In this document: piece by piece, positions 55,003 through 64,000 of the stretch
Layout: the number at the start of each line of letters is the position of its first letter
How positions within the stretch are numbered: position 1 is the first letter of the stretch
Source: the human T2T-CHM13v2.0 reference genome, Homo sapiens
Length of the DNA stretch: 64,000 nt
Strand: one strand, 5' to 3'
NCBI RefSeq assembly: GCF_009914755.1
Contig: NC_060932.1
Notes under the pieces: generated by a model
Told to the model about the DNA's origin: nothing
The model's input: the letters and a program-made list of their open reading frames with translations, nothing else
The model's database searches: none
Program-made: the position numbers and the translations under genes

Positions 55003-56060
55003 AACACTGACACAGACTGAAAACTAAATTTAATTTTCATAAATGGTAGAAATACTTATTAGGTCTGAGGATGAGTTTACCAACTGGCAATAGAAAGGAC
55101 AGTGATGCTATTATTATTCAAAATAATAAATCATAGAAATTCTTGCCTAATAAGATAATTTTTATTAAGATAATATTATCTTTGCTTGGAAACAACAAAT
55201 AAGACAATATTTCAATTATACTTTTGAAAAGCAAATGCTTCCTTTTTTTTTTTTTACAAAATAGCGAAAACATAAACCCTTCTTAAGATTATTACTTTTA
55301 TTTCATTTTAAAACTTAAAATTCTTTTTCTAAATGTCCTACTAAAAGCATCATATTATTTAAGATATACTATATGCTATTACTTGCAAAAATAAGTTTAC
55401 ATATGGAGATGACACACATATTTCATAAAGTTCAATGTGTTTAATCTACTTTATGTCCTGGCTATTAGCCATCCACAAGGGCAAATGGTTTTAATTTTCT
55501 GGACTTCTGTCACTTCTTATAGATAAAAAAGGGCACTAAACTAAAGTTCCCCACCCCCTCACTCTAGTCTATTGTACAATATATCAAACCTATCAACTAA
55601 CAAGTCTCTAATTTCTGTATTTTTTTATTCAACAGCTAATTTTCTTAATCCTTCTTTTTCTCTGGCAACATTTCTAGTACTCTAATGAACTTTGTTTTGC
55701 ACTTGCTATGTATGATTTTGTGATTTATCTTATGCCACAATTCTTGTAGTTTACTTCAGGAAAAAGAACTTATCACTTGGTAGTTGTTTGCACTTGGATA
55801 AAAATGACTGAATTTATCTTTATAAAGTCAAGGAAAGGAAATATACTGCCAGCTAAGACTAAGCATGAAAGATTTCATCTGAGAGGGACAATTTGTCAGA
55901 AAATCATGAGGAGCTGCATACGGAAGGGTATAATGGAAGCAGTCTTGCAACATTAACGATATCATTTACTCTCATCAATCCTGTAATAAATCCACACACA
56001 CCACACTGAGGGGCAGTGCGGTCTCTGCTGCTGGTGCTCGCAGGCAGAGCTGTAGTCACG

Positions 56061-56079
56061 CCCTAGAAGGTGGAGCCCT
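56061..56079 (+). promoter_or_regulatory. Candidate CTCF core motif in a CpG-retaining patch
   Basis: CCCTAGAAGGTGGAGCCCT versus consensus CCASYAGRKGGCRS (imperfect match); 9 CpGs in 56019-56250. Confidence 0.4.
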
Positions 56080-56659
56080 GTCTCATCTCCAGGGCAAGTG
56101 CCATGATGTGCGTGCTGAGGAATGAATTCGGAAAATGGAAATGGCAGCTCAGAAAGGCGGGCAAAAACTACGGGCTTAAATCACCTCCAGAGTGCTTTCT
56201 TATCGTGGACAATGAGTTACTACTCAGCAAAATATAGTTTAACCAGTGCGAAGACTAAACTGCAATCACAGGGATAAAATAGCTTTCTGAAAATCATTGT
56301 TTCTTTTATAAAGGTGCCATTAATAAATGTCATTGTACTCTCCAGAAATTAAACCTATGCCCGCTCTGCTAAACTCATAAATGTAGTCATACTTGGCACT
56401 TACAGATCAGTTTTAACCATTCTAATTACACACTAACTATGAGAGATTAGGTACATTCTTCCATTTAATTAATAAAGTTTGAGGGTATTAAGATATCTTT
56501 TGCCCAAGTTCAAAAGATAATTAATAAGCAGTAATATTGTATTTATATATTTAATGGTGTTATATGAAAGCACGGAGTTATACCATGTAAAGGAAGTAAA
56601 CCATTTTTTGAAGAATATTTTTAAAAAGAATTTAAATTTAAATTTAGTAGCATTAATAC

Positions 56660-56830
56660 AATGAAATGCGGTGGAATCTCAGAAACTATACAACCCATGC
56701 TTTTACTCTTGTTCATCAGTGTGACCTTGGGAAGTTTATTTAATTTCCCTAAGTTTCTGCCTTTTCATCTGCCAGAGGGGATACAATATTTGCTTTAAAG
56801 TGTTATTGTGAAACTCCATAAAGCCTGGTC
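56660..56830 (+). mobile_element. MIR
   Basis: GTGTGACCTTGGGAAGTTTATTTAATTTCCCTAAGTTTCTGCC..TTCATCTG...TGTTATTGTGAAA. Confidence 0.65.
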
Positions 56831-57484
56831 TATAATGCATATAATCTTGCTGGAAAAAAAAAAGTACCTAATATGGGCTCTCTGGCATCTTAAACTTTCC
56901 TCTCATATTTAAATGGCTATAGCCTGAACGTTATAATTCAGGGTATTTTACAAAATAATTCACAATATAATATCTTAATCAGGTAATAATTTGACACTCT
57001 GTTCATTAAAGAAACTCAGCATATTTAGAATCAACACAGAAATTCCAATTTATTATCCAGACAATTTGTAAGTATTACATTTTTCAAGATGTTTCAAAAG
57101 AAGATTAGCTCGCTCTGACAAATAAGCTCCCTCATTCAGACGGCCAGAAAGGGTGCTGACAGGTGACACAGGTTTTCATAATCTGCTTAGTGTCATCAAA
57201 ATAACAATGATGGTTGACAGCTAAACTGTTCCTCTTAGAAGTTTATGTAAACGCTTTTTATATCTCAGCACTAAATTAGAATTTCATAAAGAATCTTTTT
57301 TATGCCTTCATCAAGGACATAAGACATTTTTCCTGGCAAAATGTACCATATAGAATAACTTTCATTAGTCACAGCTAATAATGCATGGAAATAATGTTTG
57401 TTCTTGTACTTTACTGGCATTAATTGAGTGTTTACTCTAAGGTCTGTTTTAAAGAGCTTTTGTAAGTGTTCACTCACTTAATGC

Positions 57485-57650
57485 TTCGAATATCTCCATG
57501 AGATCAACATCATCATCACCATTTTACAGATGAAGCACCGAAGCCAGAGAAGTTCAGTAATCAGCACAAGGTAACCCTGCTAAGAAGCTAGTCTTGGAGC
57601 CATAATGTGAATCAGGCTATTTGCCTCCAAAGCTCGGGTCCAAAACCTTC
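57485..57650 (-). mobile_element. MIR
   Basis: CCATTTTACAGATGAAGCACCGAAGCCAGAGAAGTTCAGTAATCAGCACAAGGT. Confidence 0.7.
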
Positions 57651-57709
57651 AATCAGGTTAACATCATCAATCTTGTTAATATCATCTGGATTTACAAAAT
57701 TATAAACCC

Positions 57710-57860
57710 CTTCACTTATTTATTTGTTAATGCATATTTATTGAGATCTTTTTATGTGTCTAGGATTGTTTTATGCTCAACCTTAACAGAAAGAGTAAAT
57801 TTCATTCACATGGCAGATAGGACCTTTGTGAAGATGGAAGGGCAGAATATGGATAAGTCT
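57710..57860 (-). mobile_element. L2 3' fragment
   Basis: TTCACTTATTTATTTGTT..CATATTTATTGAGATCTTTTTATGTGTCTAGG. Confidence 0.5.
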
Positions 57861-57884
57861 GATAGTATATGTTGTTAATTAATT

Positions 57885-58100
57885 GTTAGTATATGTCAGG
57901 TACTTCTGGAACACTTTTATTATTTTAATTCTTTTGATTTCTACATCAGCCTGATGAAATAGATCACACCCACTCTACAGAGGAAGAAACAGAGCCACAG
58001 TTTAAATAACTTGCACGAGGTAATAGAGCTAATAAATGAGAAAGCCAGGACTTGGACAAAAAGGTATAGCCCCAGGGTTCATACTTTGAACCACTGCTGA
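57885..58100 (-). mobile_element. MIR
   Basis: TACAGAGGAAGAAACAGAGCCACAG..TTAAATAACTTGCACGAGGTAATAGAGCTAATAAATG..AGCCAGGACTTG. Confidence 0.7.
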
Positions 58101-58980
58101 AAGGTTAGTTGGAGATGGTTTTAGCAGCCAGCAACATGACGAATTCTTGCAATCAACACCAATTTTGTATAAGAAAACACTCCACGGGCAGGGAAGACAG
58201 GGTCCTGTTTTATTCCCTGGCTATATAACATTTATGAATATAAAAATGAATTCATTTTATGTTCTTAAATTGTTGCATATAAAAAACATCCTGATTTAGT
58301 TGTGGGTTTTTGAGAAAAATGAATGCTTACAGGTAAAAGCATGAGGTTCTGAATTTTAAAAATTTGGAGTCTATGTTCTATCAAAATTCCACGAGAAATG
58401 CACATAACAAAACATACACCCCTGATTTTATCCCTGTGAGCTATTTAAATAAAGTTTCTCCCATTTTCTAAGTTCTGCCGTTACTGACCTTTTTCAGCTT
58501 TCATTTAGTAACTGAAAATTAGATTATAATTAGTGGGGGCTTATTTTGTTTGGTGTATGTGCCTGTGCATGTGTATGTGTATTTTTAAAAAATCAAAGTG
58601 AGTTCAGAAAAATCAGAATATCCTGCATATGAGACCAAATTGGGTCAACAATTTTCTCAAGAAATTGTTCTATTCCATTGATTTCAATTCTTAAATGAAG
58701 AGGTATTTGGCGGGAATTATGTCTGATTTTGCTGGGCAGGCTGAGGCTCTACTGCAGTTGGTGAGGCTGGAAGTCTTGAAACACAGCTATTTTCTCTTCC
58801 TGTTAAAGGCCAGATTACTTTTTCTAGAGGGGTTGTAAAGAAGTGTTAGCACAGAGGCTGTGGTGGTTGGTAGTAATTTACCAGTTAATTGCCGGCCAAT
58901 GCTGCCTGTTAATTACCAGCATATCTTGCCTTAAGGTAGAGTAGTATGGAAAATAGCGACTTTAAGTAAAATTCAAGTTT

Positions 58981-58996
58981 GTGTGTGTGTGTGTGT
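58981..58996. repeat. (GT)8 microsatellite
   Basis: Read directly. Confidence 0.9.
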
Positions 58997-59364
58997 CTAA
59001 AAAAGAAAAGACAGGTTTTACAGTAGTTATTACTGAGGAAGTCAGACAGAGCTAGTAAATGGAGCTTCAAAGGACTGTACTTTCACTGAAAAACTATCTT
59101 ACCAAAGTGCTTTCGGATTCGGACAGAAATTATGCTGTTTTTCTTCCTATCAGGGGAAGCTAGCCACCCTAGATGAAAGATGTGAACAGACTTGAGTAAT
59201 GCCACTTTGTTCATAGGAGACAAGGACATTCATTTAAAAATGGGAACGGATCAGAATCTGAAATAGTTTACTGAGAGAACAAGTGAAAAAATTAAAACAT
59301 TAAATTTGAAGATCCCTCTACTGAAAGTGAACCTACACTTTTAAAACTTAAAAAAAGTCAGCGA

Positions 59365-59750
59365 AAAATAATGTATCACCTACTATGTGCTCAACCAAGA
59401 TATCAAGGTAAATAAGAACAGCTTCTGCTCCTTAGGGAATTTACACTTCAAAGGGACAAGGAAATGCGGGGACGTTGATAGAGGAGAAGAGGTACATATT
59501 TGGATGAACCATATAATTATATTTCTAATACAACATAGTAAATCCTATCACAGGGATGAGATACTTGAATACAGACATATATGAATACAGACAAATAAAA
59601 GAATAAATCTGCCAGGAAAGGCCACATAAATAAGGAAAGAAACAAGTAAATAAGGAAGATTATTATGAGAAAGATAGGTGATCAGATTTGTAGCTTAGGA
59701 GGTAACAAGTTAGTTTAGATGGGAATTAATTGTTAAGAGTTAAGTTGGTA
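59365..59750 (-). mobile_element. L2 fragment (approximate bounds)
   Basis: ATCACCTACTATGTGC...GATATCAAGGTAAATAAGAACAGCTTCTGCTCC..GGGAATTTACAC. Confidence 0.55.
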
Positions 59751-59759
59751 AGGTCAACA

Positions 59760-60340
59760 AAAGAAACTCCTACAGGTTGCTAGTGGTGGTATAAATTGAT
59801 ACAATCACACTGGGGAAAAAAAGGTGGCATTAAAGGTTAAGATTCCTAGACTTCCTTCTAGACGCTAGAACCTAGAGAAACTCTTGTACTTGTGCAAATG
59901 TAATGACCAACACCGACATACAAGAAAATTCGTAAGATCATTGGTTGTGATAGCAAATTAAACAACAGAAATATATTGGAAACAACTTAGGAGAAGAGAT
60001 AAATAAATGAGATTTGTTCATTCAGTGAAATGTATAGCAGTAAATAAATGAATTACAGCTGCACAAGCGATAATATATATTTTGTGCTAAAAACAATATA
60101 ATGGTTGAATTGTATACAAATATGCATATACATGCATACAAATATTTATATTTATGCATTTATTTTATATAAATTATATAAATATTTATTTTATATAAAA
60201 TTTATATTTATGCATTAAATAAGCATATAAATAAAAGCAGGAAAAGTATTCAGGATTGTGGTTATCTACATGGAGTTACAAGATATTGGTAAAGTTTGCT
60301 TTTTCTTTTGTAGGATGAAATATTTCATAATAAATAGTTT
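59760..60340 (+). mobile_element. L1ME-like 3' fragment with an internal AT-rich expansion
   Basis: GTTGCTAGTGGTGGTATAAATTGATACAATCAC...CCTAGAGAAACTCTTG...AAATGAATTACAGCT...TTCAGGATTGTGGTTATCT. Confidence 0.65.
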
Positions 60341-61269
60341 AAAGTGTCAGTGATGACAGCTGGCTGTACTACTGCTATGTGTGGGGTCTAAATGCAGGAT
60401 CCGCTGGGAATTATGAACCTTGGTGTTCAGAACCCAAAACTGTTTTTTCCAACTTAATAAATACCATTGCGTAGATCACAGGAGCATCTCCTGTGCTTAT
60501 GAGGTCTTAACCAGCAATAGGAGACCTGGGATTGCTGGTAACCTTGCCATCAATTCTTCCCAACTCAAGATGGCCCTTTAGAAGGACATACATCATATTG
60601 CCATAAAAAATTACCTGCCTTTCAGGGTTTAAGCAGATGCCAAGTGACCAAATGGAGAAAATATCGTAAAATGATCTCTTGTAATGTACAGATAGTTGTT
60701 CTAAAATTTCCCAATTCCCTTTCAATCCAAAAACGACAATGATACTCAATTATTTTCTTGGGATTTTTCTTTCAGCCAACTTTCTTCCCAATGATCACGC
60801 AAGACTTCTTTCCCCAATTTGTTTAATTAATCAATTGCTTCAATTATTACCCAGGTCTGGGTATTCTTGACTTCTCTTTAACTCACAGCATTAATGAATT
60901 TGCTCTCCCCATTTGCTTAATAAATATTATTTATATTGTAATTCTTTTTTTTTTTTTTGCTGGCTAGTTAGCATATCTATCAGCTAGAGGCCACCAAACC
61001 TTAGTTGGTACTTTTGTTCTTAAAATCAGTACTTTATTATTGTAACAATCTTCAATTATCAAATATAGAAAGAATTTATTTAGAATGAGTGTTGAGGCTA
61101 GAAAAGAATACTGCCTCAGTAGAATGCCTGGATTTGAGAGACCTGCTAGACTAGTCTATTAACTAAACCACAAAGATGTTATAGTAATCAACCAAATAGC
61201 AATTGATAACATGGAAATGGGTTGTACTGACCTCAACAAATTGATGATTCAAATTTCCCTCTTCAACTA

Positions 61270-61501
61270 TTTCATATATATATTATATATATTATATATA
61301 TTATATATATAATATATATTATATATATTATATATATAATATATATTATATATATAATATATATAATATATATATTATATATAATATATATTATATATAT
61401 TATATATATAATATATATATAATATATATAATATATATAATATATATTATATATATACATAAAATATATATATTATATATATATAAAATATATATATGAA
61501 A
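61270..61501. repeat. About 230-bp interrupted (TA)n, quasi-palindromic AT-rich repeat
   Basis: Only 2 C and 1 G in the tract; the ends are inverted copies (TTTCATATATATATT ... AATATATATATGAAA). Confidence 0.95.
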
Positions 61502-64000
61502 GTATGTATGTATGTATCTGCTCTCATAGCCAGGAAATTATTTATTTCTATCCTAAGTCTTTCATCCTGTAATATAAAGTCATTTCCTTTTTTGGTTTTC
61601 TACAACTGGGTATCTCAATAAGTAGAATAATTTTATTTTCTAAAAAATGAAAAACACAAATTATTTCCAAAAACACAAGGGCATATCAATCATATACATC
61701 ATGCAGAATATCGCTCATAATGATGGACTTCCACAAACATCATAAAACATGTTGGCAGCTATCCTTGCTATGCTAAAAATACAATATTTTGATAAAAATA
61801 ACATGCCCAGTTTGCTCAAATAAAAGATGTTAACAGCCACAGATTTCCCTGTGTTGGATACAATAGTTATAATGAAAGTGAAATACATTTTGTGTAGATC
61901 AATAGTACTCCCCAAACAACTGACGCATGATTTTCTACTTCTTACTATAGTGTGGCAACTAGTCTTTGGTATTCTCTGTAGATATGAAAAGGAACATAAT
62001 GCACTAGTAAAAACATAAAATTGGTTTTATTTTACTGCTCTGATGGAAGACGATTACAAATTATTTCACACCCTTCAAGTATATACAACATAATCTCTAG
62101 TATTCAGGATTGCTGAAGTCTGCAACTACATAAGGAATTCTGAATTTTTTCTGAACAACTATAAGTGACTACATTGAGCTAGAGAGTGTGTTACCTTACA
62201 AACAGTGTGTCACCTTACAGTGTGATACATTCCTGAAAACTTCATCTGTGCATTTTACTTCAGCTACATGCAAATAGTTTTCGTGGGTGAAGGAAGGACA
62301 GTTTTCCTTCTGATTATAAAAAGGTCAAAACATAATTTTTTAAAAGACATGCTTCAAAGGAAAACGTAAAAAAATAAATAAATAAATACCAACACTCCTA
62401 TGGAAACAACCCCCTTTTAATTATCCCCAGGACCATGTTGCATTATAATTTACATTCTGGCCAGCTGAGGTTCAAATTAAATAGCTCCATGGGTGACAGG
62501 AACCCTGAGGCCCATGAGGATCCTGAGGACACAGGTGACTGTGTCAATGATTTAACAGGGATGGCTTATCCAGCCTTGGTGTCAGCATGGGGCAAAGTAT
62601 TGGGAGTCTGATGCATGTAGCCATGTAATTACGCATTTAAGTATATTTTCCTAATTAATTTAAATATGCTTGAAAAGCTCACAAGGCTTGAACCTGAAAA
62701 TTCCTGGGGTTTAGTCATTGGAAGGAATCAATGCTCCCTGAAGTGAGAGAGCTTGTCGCATCATTCATGAGCTTTTGAAAGATGCCTTTGATAGAGAAAA
62801 TCATATTACTGAAATTTCAAAATTTGGAGAATATGCTTTACCTCTTTTATAATATTAATTTTAGTTAAAAAATGAGGCTGAAAATGTTTTCAGCAACTGA
62901 TAGTCTGGTTGCTATTTAAAGCAGGACAAAAGAATGTGCAGGAGCATAAACATTGCTCCTACCATACGATAAATGACTCCTGAAGGACACCCAGACAGTA
63001 GTCAGAGAAGGCAGGAGCAGAGCTGAGAACAGAAATATGATGGCTAGAGTTGTTGATATTTGTGTCAAAATATTCCCAAATGAGAGGGTAAAGTGAGCCA
63101 ACTCTTAGACAAAGAAGTGATTCAGATGCATTCCCAGACAATCTCATAAGGGAGAATGTACCTACAAGCCTTCAACTCAACCTCTAGCCACCCTCACATG
63201 GCCTCATGCCTTGATCCCTGACCTGGGACGCATATCCATGTCTAGGCAACAGTTATTATTTTCTAACTCTGTGAAAATATTGACTCCTGGCCAACTTTTC
63301 TTTGCCTTCAGTTTCTTATTTGATGAATACTTTACAAAATTATAATTTATTGGAAAAAAAATGGAACCGTGGCTCATTTCCCTCCATGAGCACATGCTGT
63401 TTTATCTTGATATGCAAGGTGACAGTGTCTCCTCTCTGGAAGGTTAAGCCACCTGCCCGCACAGGCTCCTTGCTCACATAATTGTGGTGCCTTACAACAT
63501 GGACGGAAGCTAGGGTCATTTTCCCTTTTGATATTGTGTTTCCGAGTTAGAATTAAGAGTTAGTGAAGTCAGAAAGAGACGATTCTTGCTAAACCAATAC
63601 CCAGTGGGGTTTAAAAAACAAACAAACAAACTTAAACAGCCCAGTATAGGAATATCAGTGAAGTTAAACAGCCAGCTTTAGACTCACTCCTGAGGATGCA
63701 GAGTTCTAAAGAATAATAGCAGTCTGGTCAGCAGTGAAAGATACTTGCTTGTATGTGGAGATATCTGAGGTCCCCAAGGAAAAGCAGAATGGTTTAAAAG
63801 CAGAGTAGAGAAACTGAAGGCATCAGCCAGAAAATATAAAGTGAGCTAAACTGGACTTTGCTGAAGCCACAAAATTTTCCCAGATAAGTCATGCTCATAG
63901 ATTTATTATAAACACTCAGTAAACTGCAGCAAACTTCATTAATACATTATACAATCATTTTGTAATTAGTTACTTTTATAAAAGAGTGATTTAATTGCTG

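Noticed and set aside
60507-60749. Minus-strand ORF with an internal CAG|GTAA donor near 60614
   Set aside because: No recognisable protein similarity or convincing acceptor.
61272-61460. Ile/Tyr-rich ORF (similar ones at 24480, 34841, 50783)
   Set aside because: Translations of microsatellites and low-complexity tracts.

Overview
Primate (most likely human) nuclear DNA: AT-rich, CpG-depleted, gene-poor intergenic or deep-intronic sequence. I could not identify the locus. No protein-coding gene, RNA gene or processed pseudogene is supported. The ORF track consists of Alu-derived frames, LINE-1 ORF2 remnants, microsatellite read-through and chance ORFs. Much of the window is interspersed repeat: AluJ/AluS/FLAM, L1PA and L1M fragments, L2, MIR, MaLR (MSTB, THE1, MLT1D), ERVL (MLT2), two ERV1-class LTRs, a complete MER11 (HML-8) solo LTR with a perfect 6-bp TSD, and hAT MITEs (MER30, MER5, MER33). 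Subfamily names come from my recall of consensus sequences and need RepeatMasker/Dfam confirmation. I found no convincing novel gene system. The most interesting unexplained structures are: (i) three short, same-orientation local copies of nearby sequence (about 175, 38 and 43 bp), each pasted into a repeat, suggesting locally templated insertions; (ii) an L1MC element that appears to keep both termini and a TSD but is only about 3.8 kb; (iii) an Alu left monomer with its own tail and TSD; (iv) a PATRR-like AT palindrome and a spacerless (TG)n/(CA)n hairpin; (v) CpG-retaining or motif-dense unique patches (candidate CTCF site and enhancers) and a few candidate non-coding exons.
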